From assembly GCF_009931435.1 (NCBI RefSeq), contig NZ_CP043414.1: 64,000 bases of DNA; one strand, given 5' to 3'. The DNA comes from Escherichia coli (GTDB lineage: Bacteria; Pseudomonadota; Gammaproteobacteria; Enterobacterales; Enterobacteriaceae). The first letter of the stretch is position 1. Each line of letters begins with the position of its first letter. The translations under genes were made by a program, and so were the position numbers. Positions 51,424-62,534 of the stretch are shown here, one piece after another. A model generated the notes under the pieces. It saw only the letters and a program-made list of their open reading frames with translations, was not told where the DNA came from and made no database searches.

Positions 51424-52060
51424 CGAGTTCGCAGCCCGCCGGATGGACGGCGGCCGAGTTGGCGCAGGCGGCGGCGCGCGGACAGCTTGACCTGCATTAC
51501 CAGCCGCTGGTCGATCTGCGCGATCACCGGATCGCTGGCGCGGAAGCGTTGATGCGCTGGCGGCATCCGAGGCTTGGCCTGTTGCCGCCCGGCCAGTTCC
51601 TGCCGCTGGCCGAGTCGTTCGGCCTGATGCCGGAAATAGGCGCGTGGGTGCTGGGCGAGGCCTGTCGCCAGATGCACAAGTGGCAAGGACCGGCATGGCA
51701 ACCGTTCCGTCTTGCCATCAATGTGTCCGCCAGCCAGGTTGGGCCAACGTTCGACGACGAGGTAAAGCGGGTGCTGGCCGATATGGCCCTGCCCGCCGAG
51801 CTTCTGGAGATCGAACTGACCGAATCGGTCGCATTCGGCAATCCAGCCCTGTTCGCCAGTTTCGACGCCTTGCGCGCCATCGGCGTGCGCTTCGCCGCCG
51901 ACGACTTCGGCACCGGCTATTCCTGCCTGCAACATCTGAAATGCTGCCCCATCACCACATTGAAAATCGACCAATCCTTTGTCGCCAGGCTCCCGGATGA
52001 TGCCCGTGACCAAACTATCGTGCGGGCGGTGATCCAGCTCGCGCACGGGCTGGGCATGGA
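51420..52060 (+). pseudogene. urf2 5' part (EAL-domain gene split by the integron)
   Basis: [14 protein letters not shown]...QLAHGLGMD. EAL-domain motifs (ELTE, DDFGTGYS) are present. The gene is cut at integron IRt. Confidence 0.85.
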
Positions 52061-52201
52061 TGTCATTTTCAGAAGACGACTGCACCAGTTGATTGGGCGT
52101 AATGGCTGTTGTGCAGCCAGCTCCTGACAGTTCAATATCAGAAGTGATCTGCACCAATCTCGACTATGCTCAATACTCGTGTGCACCAAAGCGAGGTGAG
52201 C

Positions 52202-53881
52202 ATGGCGACGGACACCCCACGGATTCCAGAACAAGGCGTGGCCACTCTGCCTGATGAGGCTTGGGAGCGTGCGCGCCGTCGTGCGGAGATCATCAGTCCG
52301 TTGGCGCAGTCGGAGACGGTCGGGCACGAAGCGGCCGATATGGCGGCTCAGGCGCTGGGCTTGTCTCGGCGCCAGGTATACGTTCTGATCCGGCGTGCCC
52401 GGCAAGGCAGCGGCCTCGTGACGGATCTGGTGCCCGGCCAGTCCGGTGGAGGTAAAGGTAAGGGGCGCTTGCCGGAACCGGTCGAGCGCGTCATCCACGA
52501 GCTACTGCAAAAGCTGTTCCTGACCAAGCAGAAGCGCAGCCTAGCGGCCTTTCACCGCGAAGTCACTCAGGTGTGCAAGGCTCAAAAACTGCGAGTGCCG
52601 GCGCGCAATACCGTGGCCTTACGGATCGCTAGCCTTGACCCGCGCAAGGTCATCCGCCGGCGGGAAGGCCAGGATGCCGCTCGTGACCTACAAGGTGTGG
52701 GCGGCGAGCCTCCTGCCGTGACCGCGCCGCTGGAGCAGGTGCAGATAGACCATACGGTCATCGACCTGATCGTGGTCGATGACCGCGACCGGCAACCTAT
52801 TGGCCGCCCGTACCTGACCCTCGCCATCGACGTGTTCACCCGCTGCGTGCTCGGCATGGTCGTCACGCTGGAAGCGCCGTCTGCCGTTTCGGTTGGCCTG
52901 TGCCTCGTGCATGTCGCCTGCGACAAGCGCCCTTGGCTGGAAGGACTGAACGTGGAAATGGATTGGCAGATGAGCGGCAAGCCCTTGCTGCTCTACCTAG
53001 ACAACGCGGCCGAGTTCAAGAGCGAGGCCCTGCGCCGGGGTTGCGAGCAGCATGGCATCCGGCTGGACTATCGCCCGCTGGGACAGCCGCACTATGGCGG
53101 CATCGTGGAACGGATCATCGGCACGGCGATGCAGATGATTCACGACGAACTGCCGGGAACGACCTTCTCCAACCCTGACCAGCGCGGCGACTACGATTCC
53201 GAAAACAAGGCCGCCCTGACGCTGCGCGAGCTAGAGCGCTGGCTCACATTGGCGGTCGGCACCTACCACGGTTCGGTGCACAACGGCCTGCTCCAACCGC
53301 CGGCCGCGCGCTGGGCCGAGGCCGTGGCGCGTGTCGGCGTACCGGCCGTCGTCACACGCGCTACTTCGTTCCTGGTCGATTTTCTGCCGATCCTCCGGCG
53401 CACGCTGACCCGCACCGGCTTTGTCATCGACCACATCCACTACTACGCCGATGCGCTCAAGCCGTGGATTGCGCGGCGTGAACGCTGGCCGTCCTTTCTG
53501 ATCCGGCGCGATCCGCGCGACATCAGCCGTATCTGGGTCCTGGAACCGGAGGGACAGCATTACCTGGAAATTCCCTACCGTACCTTGTCGCATCCGGCTG
53601 TCACCCTCTGGGAACAACGGCAGGCGCTGGCGAAACTGCGGCAGCAAGGGCGCGAACAGGTGGATGAGTCGGCGCTGTTCCGCATGATCGGCCAGATGCG
53701 TGAGATTGTGACCAGCGCGCAGAAGGCCACACGCAAGGCGCGGCGTGACGCGGATCGCCGCCAGCACCTCAAGACATCAGCTCGGCCGGACAAGCCCGTT
53801 CCGCCGGATACGGATATTGCCGACCCGCAGGCAGACAACTTGCCACCCGCCAAACCGTTCGACCAGATTGAGGAGTGGTAG
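52202..53881 (+). CDS. tniA: TniA (Tn402-type transposase)
   Basis: 559 aa from ATG 52202 (MATDTPRIPEQGVATLPDEAW...). DDE transposase. Confidence 0.9.
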   Translation: MATDTPRIPEQGVATLPDEAWERARRRAEIISPLAQSETVGHEAADMAAQALGLSRRQVYVLIRRARQGSGLVTDLVPGQSGGGKGKGRLPEPVERVIHELLQKLFLTKQKRSLAAFHREVTQVCKAQKLRVPARNTVALRIASLDPRKVIRRREGQDAARDLQGVGGEPPAVTAPLEQVQIDHTVIDLIVVDDRDRQPIGRPYLTLAIDVFTRCVLGMVVTLEAPSAVSVGLCLVHVACDKRPWLEGLNVEMDWQMSGKPLLLYLDNAAEFKSEALRRGCEQHGIRLDYRPLGQPHYGGIVERIIGTAMQMIHDELPGTTFSNPDQRGDYDSENKAALTLRELERWLTLAVGTYHGSVHNGLLQPPAARWAEAVARVGVPAVVTRATSFLVDFLPILRRTLTRTGFVIDHIHYYADALKPWIARRERWPSFLIRRDPRDISRIWVLEPEGQHYLEIPYRTLSHPAVTLWEQRQALAKLRQQGREQVDESALFRMIGQMREIVTSAQKATRKARRDADRRQHLKTSARPDKPVPPDTDIADPQADNLPPAKPFDQIEEW

Positions 53882-54744
53882 CCGTGGACGAATATCCCAT
53901 CATCGACCTGTCCCACCTGCTGCCGGCGGCCCAGGGCTTGGCCCGTCTTCCGGCGGACGAGCGCATCCAGCGCCTTCGCGCCGACCGCTGGATCGGCTAT
54001 CCGCGCGCAGTCGAGGCGCTGAACCGGCTGGAAGCCCTTTATGCGTGGCCAAACAAGCAACGCATGCCCAACCTGCTGCTGGTTGGCCCGACCAACAATG
54101 GCAAGTCGATGATCGTCGAGAAGTTCCGCCGCACCCACCCGGCCAGCTCCGACGCCGACCAGGAGCACATCCCGGTGTTGGTCGTGCAGATGCCGTCCGA
54201 GCCGTCCGTGATCCGCTTCTACGTCGCGCTGCTCGCCGCGATGGGCGCGCCGCTGCGCCCACGCCCACGGTTGCCGGAAATGGAGCAACTGGCTCTGGCA
54301 CTGCTGCGCAAGGTCGGCGTGCGCATGCTGGTGATCGACGAGCTGCACAACGTGCTGGCCGGCAACAGCGTCAACCGCCGGGAATTCCTCAACCTGCTGC
54401 GCTTCCTCGGCAACGAACTGCGCATCCCGTTGGTTGGGGTAGGCACGCGCGACGCCTACCTAGCCATCCGCTCCGATGACCAGTTGGAAAATCGCTTCGA
54501 GCCGATGATGCTGCCGGTATGGGAGGCCAACGACGATTGCTGCTCACTGCTGGCCAGCTTCGCCGCTTCGCTCCCGCTGCGCCGGCCTTCCCCAATTGCC
54601 ACGCTGGACATGGCTCGCTACCTGCTCACACGCAGCGAGGGCACCATAGGGGAACTGGCGCACTTGCTGATGGCGGCGGCCATCGTCGCCGTGGAGAGCG
54701 GCGAGGAAGCGATCAACCATCGCACACTCAGCATGGCCTGTTGA
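53875..54744 (+). pseudogene. tniB: tniB truncated by IS1326 (tniBdelta)
   Basis: AAA+ P-loop GPTNNGKS. The frame terminates at a TGA supplied by the first bases of IS1326. The exact GTG start is uncertain (53875 or 53884). Confidence 0.85.
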
Positions 54745-54845
54745 GTTGCATCTAAAATTGACCCACTTAGGGTAAAGATTTGCGTCGAAATTTGACCCAC
54801 GTATGACACTGTTTCCCGTCTGGATATGGCGGGAGAAATCAAGGA

Positions 54846-56369
54846 GTGATAAACGTGGCGATATTGAGCGCAATTCGACGCTGGCATTTTCGCGATGGTG
54901 CGTCGATTCGGGAAATAGCCCGACGAAGCGGCCTGTCCAGGAACACCGTTCGCAAGTATTTGCAAAGCAAGGTGGTTGAACCGCAGTACCCAGCGCGAGA
55001 CAGCGTTGGCAAGTTAAGTCCTTTTGAGCCCAAGTTAAGGCAGTGGCTCTCCACCGAGCACAAAAAGACAAAGAAGCTGCGCAGAAACCTGCGCAGCATG
55101 TACCGGGATTTGGTCGCTTTGGGCTTTACCGGGTCTTATGACCGAGTGTGTGCCTTTGCCCGACAGTGGAAAGATTCCGAACAGTTCAAGGCGCAAACCT
55201 CGGGCAAGGGTTGTTTCATCCCCTTGCGCTTTGCTTGTGGCGAAGCCTTCCAATTCGATTGGAGTGAGGACTTTGCCCGCATAGCGGGCAAACAGGTCAA
55301 ACTTCAGATTGCCCAGTTTAAGTTGGCCCACAGCCGGGCCTTTGTGCTTCGGGCTTACTACCAGCAAAAACATGAAATGCTGTTTGATGCCCACTGGCAT
55401 GCCTTTCAAATCTTCGGTGGCATTCCCAAGCGCGGCATCTACGACAACATGAAGACCGCTGTGGATTCGGTGGGGCGTGGCAAAGAGCGCAGGGTCAATC
55501 AGCGGTTCACTGCCATGGTCAGCCACTACCTGTTTGATGCGCAGTTCTGTAATCCAGCATCGGGTTGGGAGAAAGGCCAGATTGAGAAGAACGTGCAGGA
55601 TTCCCGCCAACGCCTGTGGCAAGGGGCACCAGACTTTCAAAGCCTTGCTGATTTGAATGTGTGGCTTGAGCATCGCTGCAAAGCGCTGTGGTCTGAGCTG
55701 CGCCACCCCGAATTGGACCAAACCGTGCAAGAGGCCTTTGCCGATGAACAAGGCGAGTTGATGGCGCTACCCAATGCCTTTGATGCATTCGTGGAGCAAA
55801 CCAAGCGAGTCACTTCAACCTGCCTTGTTCACCACGAGGGCAATCGCTACAGCGTTCCTGCCAGTTACGCCAACAGGGCCATCAGCCTTCGGATTTATGC
55901 AGACAAGCTGGTGATGGCTGCCGAAGGCCAACACATTGCCGAGCATCCAAGATTGTTTGGCAGTGGCCACGCTCGGCGTGGCCACACACAATACGACTGG
56001 CACCATTACTTGTCTGTGCTTCAGAAGAAACCTGGGGCGTTGCGCAATGGTGCGCCATTTGCTGAATTGCCACCCGCGTTCAAGAAGCTTCAATCCATCT
56101 TGCTGCAACGCCCCGGCGGTGACCGTGACATGGTGGAAATTCTGGCCCTTGTATTGCACCACGATGAAGGTGCGGTACTCAGTGCTGTGGAATTGGCATT
56201 GGAGTGTGGCAAGCCATCGAAGGAGCATGTGCTTAATCTGTTGGGACGTTTGACCGAAGAACCTCCACCCAAACCGATTCCAATTCCCAAGGGGTTAAGG
56301 CTGACATTGGAACCACAGGCCAACGTGAACCGCTATGACAGTTTAAGGAGAGCCCATGATGCAGCATGA
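54846..56369 (+). CDS. istA: IS1326 IstA transposase
   Basis: 507 aa, IS21-family DDE transposase. GTG start per the ORF track. Confidence 0.9.
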   Translation: MINVAILSAIRRWHFRDGASIREIARRSGLSRNTVRKYLQSKVVEPQYPARDSVGKLSPFEPKLRQWLSTEHKKTKKLRRNLRSMYRDLVALGFTGSYDRVCAFARQWKDSEQFKAQTSGKGCFIPLRFACGEAFQFDWSEDFARIAGKQVKLQIAQFKLAHSRAFVLRAYYQQKHEMLFDAHWHAFQIFGGIPKRGIYDNMKTAVDSVGRGKERRVNQRFTAMVSHYLFDAQFCNPASGWEKGQIEKNVQDSRQRLWQGAPDFQSLADLNVWLEHRCKALWSELRHPELDQTVQEAFADEQGELMALPNAFDAFVEQTKRVTSTCLVHHEGNRYSVPASYANRAISLRIYADKLVMAAEGQHIAEHPRLFGSGHARRGHTQYDWHHYLSVLQKKPGALRNGAPFAELPPAFKKLQSILLQRPGGDRDMVEILALVLHHDEGAVLSAVELALECGKPSKEHVLNLLGRLTEEPPPKPIPIPKGLRLTLEPQANVNRYDSLRRAHDAA

Positions 56370-57141
56370 AGGCCATGTGAGAATCCTCAAATCCTTGAAA
56401 CTCTTTGGCATGGCACACGCCATTGAGGAGTTGGGCAATCAGAATTCACCAGCATTTAATCAAGCCTTGCCCATGCTGGACAGCTTGATTAAAGCTGAAG
56501 TGGCAGAGCGTGAAGTACGTTCGGTGAACTATCAATTGCGGGTGGCCAAGTTCCCCGTGTATCGGGACTTGGTGGGCTTTGACTTCAGTCAAAGCCTGGT
56601 TAATGAGGCCACGGTCAAACAATTGCACCGGTGCGACTTCATGGAACAAGCCCAGAACGTGGTGCTGATTGGTGGGCCAGGCACAGGCAAGACTCACCTG
56701 GCCACAGCCATTGGTACACAAGCAGTGATGCACTTGAACCGACGGGTGCGTTTCTTCTCCACCGTGGATTTGGTCAATGCACTGGAGCAAGAGAAATCAT
56801 CTGGGCGTCAGGGACAAATCGCAAACCGTCTGTTGTATGCCGATTTGGTGATTCTGGATGAGCTGGGATATTTGCCTTTTAGCCAAACCGGTGGGGCACT
56901 GCTGTTTCACCTGCTCTCAAAGCTGTACGAAAAAACCAGCGTGATACTGACCACCAACTTGAGCTTCTCGGAATGGAGCCGAGTGTTTGGCGATGAAAAG
57001 ATGACAACAGCGTTGTTGGACCGACTAACCCACCACTGCCACATCCTGGAAACCGGCAATGAAAGTTACCGCTTCAAACACAGTTCAACTCAGAATAAGC
57101 AGGAGGAAAAACAGACCCGCAAACTGAAAATCGAGACATAA
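56356..57141 (+). CDS. istB: IS1326 IstB ATP-binding helper
   Basis: 261 aa. Walker [12 protein letters not shown] and Walker [10 protein letters not shown]. Confidence 0.9.
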   Translation: MMQHEGHVRILKSLKLFGMAHAIEELGNQNSPAFNQALPMLDSLIKAEVAEREVRSVNYQLRVAKFPVYRDLVGFDFSQSLVNEATVKQLHRCDFMEQAQNVVLIGGPGTGKTHLATAIGTQAVMHLNRRVRFFSTVDLVNALEQEKSSGRQGQIANRLLYADLVILDELGYLPFSQTGGALLFHLLSKLYEKTSVILTTNLSFSEWSRVFGDEKMTTALLDRLTHHCHILETGNESYRFKHSSTQNKQEEKQTRKLKIET

Positions 57142-57316
57142 TTCTGACAACAAGGGGTGGGTCAAAATTCAATGCAAATCCCGGGTCAAATTTGGGTGCA
57201 AATCAACAGATATCGACAACCTCTCGCGCAACCAAGACATCGCGGTCGGACTGCAAGTGATCTTGAAGCCACGGGCCCGTCCCACCCCGACATGGACCTC
57301 GATGCCCGAACGGACG

Positions 57317-57817
57317 TTAGATTTCGAGTTCTAGGCGTTCTGCGATGAAGGTTGGATCCCAGCCGGGATTGAAAGTGTCGACGTGGGTGAATCCGAGCCG
57401 CTCGTATAGGCCACGCAGGTTCGGGTGGCAGTCGAGCCGCAGCTTGGCGCACCCCTGCGTTCGCGCGGCATGGCGGCAAGCCTCGATCAGCGCGGAGCTG
57501 ACACCCCGGCCCGCATGTGTCCGTCGCACCGCGAGCTTGTGCAGATATGCGGCCTCCCCCTTGAGGGCGTCGGGCCAGAACTCGGGATCCTCGGCCGACA
57601 AGGTGCAACAGCCGACGATGCCGTCGCTGCAACTCGCGACTAGGAGCTCGGATCTCAGGACGAAGGTCTCCGCGAATGTCCGGTCGATCCGCGCGACGTC
57701 CCAGGCGGGCGTTCCCTTGGCGGACATCCACGCCGCAGCGTCGTGCATCAGCCGCACAACCTCGTCGATATCACCCGAGCAGGCGACCCGAACGTTCGGA
57801 GGCTCCTCGCTGTCCAT
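57317..57817 (-). CDS. orf5 of the 3'-conserved segment (GNAT-family acetyltransferase)
   Basis: 166 aa. MDSEEPPNVRVACSGDIDEVVRLMHDAAAWM... matches integron orf5 as recalled. Confidence 0.85.
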   Translation of the reverse strand: MDSEEPPNVRVACSGDIDEVVRLMHDAAAWMSAKGTPAWDVARIDRTFAETFVLRSELLVASCSDGIVGCCTLSAEDPEFWPDALKGEAAYLHKLAVRRTHAGRGVSSALIEACRHAARTQGCAKLRLDCHPNLRGLYERLGFTHVDTFNPGWDPTFIAERLELEI

Positions 57818-57944
57818 TCGCTCCCCTGGCGCGGTATGAACCGCCGCCTCATAGTGCAGTTTGATCCTGACGAGCCCAGCATGTCTGCGCCCACCTTCGC
57901 GGAACCTGACCAGGGTCCGCTAGCGGGCGGCCGGAAGGTGAATG

Positions 57945-58784
57945 CTAGGCATGATCTAACCCTCGGTCTCTGGCGTCGCGACTGCGAAATTTCGCGAGGG
58001 TTTCCGAGAAGGTGATTGCGCTTCGCAGATCTCCAGGCGCGTGGGTGCGGACGTAGTCAGCGCCATTGCCGATCGCGTGAAGTTCCGCCGCAAGGCTCGC
58101 TGGACCCAGATCCTTTACAGGAAGGCCAACGGTGGCGCCCAAGAAGGATTTCCGCGACACCGAGACCAATAGCGGAAGCCCCAACGCCGACTTCAGCTTT
58201 TGAAGGTTCGACAGCACGTGCAGCGATGTTTCCGGTGCGGGGCTCAAGAAAAATCCCATCCCCGGATCGAGGATGAGCCGGTCGGCAGCGACCCCGCTCC
58301 GTCGCAAGGCGGAAACCCGCGCCTCGAAGAACCGCACAATCTCGTCGAGCGCGTCTTCGGGTCGAAGGTGACCGGTGCGGGTGGCGATGCCATCCCGCTG
58401 CGCTGAGTGCATAACCACCAGCCTGCAGTCCGCCTCAGCAATATCGGGATAGAGCGCAGGGTCAGGAAATCCTTGGATATCGTTCAGGTAGCCCACGCCG
58501 CGCTTGAGCGCATAGCGCTGGGTTTCCGGTTGGAAGCTGTCGATTGAAACACGGTGCATCTGATCGGACAGGGCGTCTAAGAGCGGCGCAATACGTCTGA
58601 TCTCATCGGCCGGCGATACAGGCCTCGCGTCCGGATGGCTGGCGGCCGGTCCGACATCCACGACGTCTGATCCGACTCGCAGCATTTCGATCGCCGCGGT
58701 GACAGCGCCGGCGGGGTCTAGCCGCCGGCTCTCATCGAAGAAGGAGTCCTCGGTGAGATTCAGAATGCCGAACACCGTCACCAT
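57945..58784 (-). CDS. sul1: sulfonamide-resistant dihydropteroate synthase Sul1
   Basis: 279 aa from ATG 58784, [26 protein letters not shown]... Confidence 0.95.
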   Translation of the reverse strand: MVTVFGILNLTEDSFFDESRRLDPAGAVTAAIEMLRVGSDVVDVGPAASHPDARPVSPADEIRRIAPLLDALSDQMHRVSIDSFQPETQRYALKRGVGYLNDIQGFPDPALYPDIAEADCRLVVMHSAQRDGIATRTGHLRPEDALDEIVRFFEARVSALRRSGVAADRLILDPGMGFFLSPAPETSLHVLSNLQKLKSALGLPLLVSVSRKSFLGATVGLPVKDLGPASLAAELHAIGNGADYVRTHAPGDLRSAITFSETLAKFRSRDARDRGLDHA

Positions 58785-59125
58785 GGCGTCGGCCTCCGCA
58801 GCGACTTCCACGATGGGGATCGGGCGAGCAAAAAGGCAGCAATTATGAGCCCCATACCTACAAAGCCCCACGCATCAAGCTTTTGCCCATGAAGCAACCA
58901 GGCAATGGCTGTAATTATGACGACGCCGAGTCCCGACCAGACTGCATAAGCAACACCGACAGGGATGGATTTCAGAACCAGAGAAAGAAAATAAAATGCG
59001 ATGCCATAACCGATTATGACAACGGCGGAAGGGGCAAGCTTAGTAAAGCCCTCGCTAGATTTTAATGCGGATGTTGCGATTACTTCGCCAACTATTGCGA
59101 TAACAAGAAAAAGCCAGCCTTTCAT
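58778..59125 (-). CDS. qacEdelta1: QacEdelta1 SMR efflux protein (truncated form)
   Basis: 115 aa, [27 protein letters not shown]... Its end overlaps the sul1 start, as in the 3'-conserved segment. Confidence 0.95.
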   Translation of the reverse strand: MKGWLFLVIAIVGEVIATSALKSSEGFTKLAPSAVVIIGYGIAFYFLSLVLKSIPVGVAYAVWSGLGVVIITAIAWLLHGQKLDAWGFVGMGLIIAAFLLARSPSWKSLRRPTPW

Positions 59126-59227
59126 GATATATCTCCCAATTTGTGTAGGGCTTATTATGCACGCTTAAAAATAATAAAAGCAGACTTGACCTGATAGTTT
59201 GGCTGTGAGCAATTATGTGCTTAGTGC

Positions 59228-59287
59228 ATCTAACGCTTGAGTTAAGCCGCGCCGCGAAGCGGCGTCGGCTTGAACGAATTGTTAGAC
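59228..59287 (-). repeat. attC (59-base element) of the aadA1 cassette
   Basis: On the minus strand: GTCTAAC...imperfect palindrome...GTTAGAT. 60 bp, immediately after the aadA1 stop. Confidence 0.85.
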
Positions 59288-59288
59288 A

Positions 59289-60080
59289 TTATTTGCCGAC
59301 TACCTTGGTGATCTCGCCTTTCACGTAGTGGACAAATTCTTCCAACTGATCTGCGCGCGAGGCCAAGCGATCTTCTTCTTGTCCAAGATAAGCCTGTCTA
59401 GCTTCAAGTATGACGGGCTGATACTGGGCCGGCAGGCGCTCCATTGCCCAGTCGGCAGCGACATCCTTCGGCGCGATTTTGCCGGTTACTGCGCTGTACC
59501 AAATGCGGGACAACGTAAGCACTACATTTCGCTCATCGCCAGCCCAGTCGGGCGGCGAGTTCCATAGCGTTAAGGTTTCATTTAGCGCCTCAAATAGATC
59601 CTGTTCAGGAACCGGATCAAAGAGTTCCTCCGCCGCTGGACCTACCAAGGCAACGCTATGTTCTCTTGCTTTTGTCAGCAAGATAGCCAGATCAATGTCG
59701 ATCGTGGCTGGCTCGAAGATACCTGCAAGAATGTCATTGCGCTGCCATTCTCCAAATTGCAGTTCGCGCTTAGCTGGATAACGCCACGGAATGATGTCGT
59801 CGTGCACAACAATGGTGACTTCTACAGCGCGGAGAATCTCGCTCTCTCCAGGGGAAGCCGAAGTTTCCAAAAGGTCGTTGATCAAAGCTCGCCGCGTTGT
59901 TTCATCAAGCCTTACGGTCACCGTAACCAGCAAATCAATATCACTGTGTGGCTTCAGGCCGCCATCCACTGCGGAGCCGTACAAATGTACGGCCAGCAAC
60001 GTCGGTTCGAGATGGCGCTCGATGACGCCAACTACCTCTGATAGTTGAGTCGATACTTCGGCGATCACCGCTTCCCTCAT
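59289..60080 (-). CDS. aadA1: aminoglycoside (3'')(9) adenylyltransferase AadA1
   Basis: 263 aa from ATG 60080, MREAVIAEVSTQLSEVVGVIERHLEPTLLAVHLYGSAVDGGLKPHSDIDLLV... Confidence 0.95.
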   Translation of the reverse strand: MREAVIAEVSTQLSEVVGVIERHLEPTLLAVHLYGSAVDGGLKPHSDIDLLVTVTVRLDETTRRALINDLLETSASPGESEILRAVEVTIVVHDDIIPWRYPAKRELQFGEWQRNDILAGIFEPATIDIDLAILLTKAREHSVALVGPAAEELFDPVPEQDLFEALNETLTLWNSPPDWAGDERNVVLTLSRIWYSAVTGKIAPKDVAADWAMERLPAQYQPVILEARQAYLGQEEDRLASRADQLEEFVHYVKGEITKVVGK

Positions 60081-60083
60081 GAT

Positions 60084-60145
60084 GTTTAACTTTGTTTTAG
60101 GGCGACTGCCCTGCTGCGTAACATCGTTGCTGCTCCATAACATCA
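60084..60145 (-). other. attI1 integron recombination site
   Basis: On the minus strand: ...GATGTTATGGAGCAGCAACGATGTTACGCAGCAGGGCAGTCGCCCTAAAACAAAGTTAAAC, with the core GTTAAAC at the cassette junction. Confidence 0.8.
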
Positions 60146-60196
60146 AACATCGACCCACGGCGTAACGCGCTTGCTGCTTGGATGCCCGAGGCATAG

Positions 60197-60225
60197 ACTG
60201 TACCCCAAAAAAACAGTCATAACAA
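60197..60225 (-). promoter_or_regulatory. integron P2 promoter, active form (17-bp spacer through GGG insertion)
   Basis: Minus strand TTGTTA-tgactgtttttttgggg-TACAGT. The spacer counts to 17 nt. Confidence 0.8.
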
Positions 60226-60228
60226 GCC

Positions 60229-61242
60229 ATGAAAACCGCCACTGCGCCGTTACCACCGCTGCGTTCGGTCAAGGTTCTGGACCAGTTGCGTGAGCGCATA
60301 CGCTACTTGCATTACAGCTTACGAACCGAACAGGCTTATGTCCACTGGGTTCGTGCCTTCATCCGTTTCCACGGTGTGCGTCACCCGGCAACCTTGGGCA
60401 GCAGCGAAGTCGAGGCATTTCTGTCCTGGCTGGCGAACGAGCGCAAGGTTTCGGTCTCCACGCATCGTCAGGCATTGGCGGCCTTGCTGTTCTTCTACGG
60501 CAAGGTGCTGTGCACGGATCTGCCCTGGCTTCAGGAGATCGGAAGACCTCGGCCGTCGCGGCGCTTGCCGGTGGTGCTGACCCCGGATGAAGTGGTTCGC
60601 ATCCTCGGTTTTCTGGAAGGCGAGCATCGTTTGTTCGCCCAGCTTCTGTATGGAACGGGCATGCGGATCAGTGAGGGTTTGCAACTGCGGGTCAAGGATC
60701 TGGATTTCGATCACGGCACGATCATCGTGCGGGAGGGCAAGGGCTCCAAGGATCGGGCCTTGATGTTACCCGAGAGCTTGGCACCCAGCCTGCGCGAGCA
60801 GCTGTCGCGTGCACGGGCATGGTGGCTGAAGGACCAGGCCGAGGGCCGCAGCGGCGTTGCGCTTCCCGACGCCCTTGAGCGGAAGTATCCGCGCGCCGGG
60901 CATTCCTGGCCGTGGTTCTGGGTTTTTGCGCAGCACACGCATTCGACCGATCCACGGAGCGGTGTCGTGCGTCGCCATCACATGTATGACCAGACCTTTC
61001 AGCGCGCCTTCAAACGTGCCGTAGAACAAGCAGGCATCACGAAGCCCGCCACACCGCACACCCTCCGCCACTCGTTCGCGACGGCCTTGCTCCGCAGCGG
61101 TTACGACATTCGAACCGTGCAGGATCTGCTCGGCCATTCCGACGTCTCTACGACGATGATTTACACGCATGTGCTGAAAGTTGGCGGTGCCGGAGTGCGC
61201 TCACCGCTTGATGCGCTGCCGCCCCTCACTAGTGAGAGGTAG
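60229..61242 (+). CDS. intI1: class 1 integron integrase IntI1
   Basis: 337 aa, [49 protein letters not shown]... Confidence 0.95.
60316..60344 (-). promoter_or_regulatory. integron cassette promoter Pc, weak variant (PcW)
   Basis: Minus strand TGGACA-N17-TAAGCT, located inside intI1. Confidence 0.85.
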
Positions 61243-61444
61243 GGCAGCGCAAGTCAATCCTGGCGGATTCACTACCCCTGCGCGAAGGCCATCGGTGCCG
61301 CATCGAACGGCCGGTTGCGGAAAGTCCTCCCTGCGTCCGCTGATGGCCGGCAGCAGCCCGTCGTTGCCTGATGGATCCAACCCCTCCGCTGCTATAGTGC
61401 AGTCGGCTTCTGACGTTCAGTGCAGCCGTCTTCTGAAAACGACA

Positions 61445-61795
61445 ATGGAGGTGGTAGCCGAGGGTGTGGAAACACCCGACTGCCTTGCGTGGTTGCGGCA
61501 GGCGGGTTGCGACACGGTGCAGGGTTTCCTGTTCGCCAGGCCGATGCCGGCGGCGGCCTTCGTCGGCTTCGTCAACCAATGGAGGAACACCACCATGAAC
61601 GCCAATGAACCGAGCACCAGTTGCTGCGTGTGCTGCAAGGAAATCCCGCTCGATGCCGCCTTCACGCCGGAAGGGGCCGAGTACGTGGAGCATTTCTGCG
61701 GGCTGGAGTGCTATCAGCGCTTCCAGGCGCGGGCCAGCACTGCGACCGAAACCAGCGTCAAACCGGACGCTTGTGATTCGCCGCCGTCAGGTTGA
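61445..61795 (+). CDS. tnpM: tnpM (3' part of the split urf2 EAL gene)
   Basis: 116 aa from the ATG created at the ATGGA duplication. [35 protein letters not shown] continues the EAL domain (EGVE motif). Confidence 0.7.
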
Positions 61796-61970
61796 GGCAT
61801 ACCCTAACTTGATGTCAGGCAGGGCCGCGCCGCTTCGTCAGAATAGAGTCTGCTTTCCCATTTTTTGACACATGCCCGCGAAGGTTATAGATTTCAGCCT
61901 GACAGAAATGGGCTTTGAGGCACAACGGAACAGAAAGTGCACTTAAGCCGCCTTCAACCAAGGAGACATC
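61796..61970. promoter_or_regulatory. Tn21 res region
   Basis: Intergenic region upstream of tnpR, where the Tn21 res sites lie. Subsites were not mapped. Confidence 0.55.
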
Positions 61971-62531
61971 GTGCAGGGGCACCGCATCGGCTACGTCCGG
62001 GTCAGCAGCTTTGACCAGAACCCGGAACGCCAGCTGGAACAAACCCAGGTGAGCAAGGTGTTCACCGACAAGGCATCGGGCAAGGACACCCAGCGCCCCC
62101 AGCTCGAAGCGCTGCTGAGCTTCGTCCGCGAAGGCGATACAGTGGTGGTGCACAGCATGGATCGGCTGGCCCGCAACCTCGATGACCTGCGTCGCTTGGT
62201 ACAGAAGCTGACTCAGCGCGGCGTGCGCATCGAGTTCCTGAAGGAGGGCCTGGTGTTCACTGGCGAGGACTCGCCGATGGCCAACCTGATGCTGTCGGTG
62301 ATGGGGGCCTTCGCTGAGTTCGAGCGCGCCCTGATCCGCGAGCGGCAGCGTGAGGGCATCGCCTTGGCCAAGCAGCGTGGCGCGTACCGGGGCCGCAAGA
62401 AAGCCCTGTCCGATGAGCAGGCTGCTACCCTGCGGCAGCGAGCGACGGCCGGCGAGCCCAAGGCGCAGCTTGCCCGCGAGTTCAACATCAGCCGGGAAAC
62501 CCTCTACCAGTACCTCCGCACGGACGACTGA
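61971..62531 (+). CDS. tnpR: Tn21 resolvase
   Basis: 186 aa. GTG start. MQGHRIGYVRVSSFDQNPERQLEQTQVSKVFTDKASGKD... Confidence 0.95.
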   Translation: MQGHRIGYVRVSSFDQNPERQLEQTQVSKVFTDKASGKDTQRPQLEALLSFVREGDTVVVHSMDRLARNLDDLRRLVQKLTQRGVRIEFLKEGLVFTGEDSPMANLMLSVMGAFAEFERALIRERQREGIALAKQRGAYRGRKKALSDEQAATLRQRATAGEPKAQLAREFNISRETLYQYLRTDD

Positions 62532-62534
62532 CAC

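Larger units (their letters stand above)
54739..57208 (+). mobile_element. IS1326 (IS21 family), 2470 bp
   Basis: Ends TGTTGAGTTGCA... and ...TGCAAATCAACA, with multiple TTTGACCC-type repeats at both ends. Encloses istA and istB. Confidence 0.85.
52061..61444. mobile_element. In2-like class 1 integron (IRt to IRi) lacking IS1353
   Basis: IRt TGTCATTTTCAGAAGACGACTGCAC at 52061-52085. IRi (inverted TGTCGTTTTCAGAAGACGGCTGCAC) at 61420-61444. 5-bp direct repeat ATGGA at 52056-52060 and 61445-61449. Confidence 0.9.
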
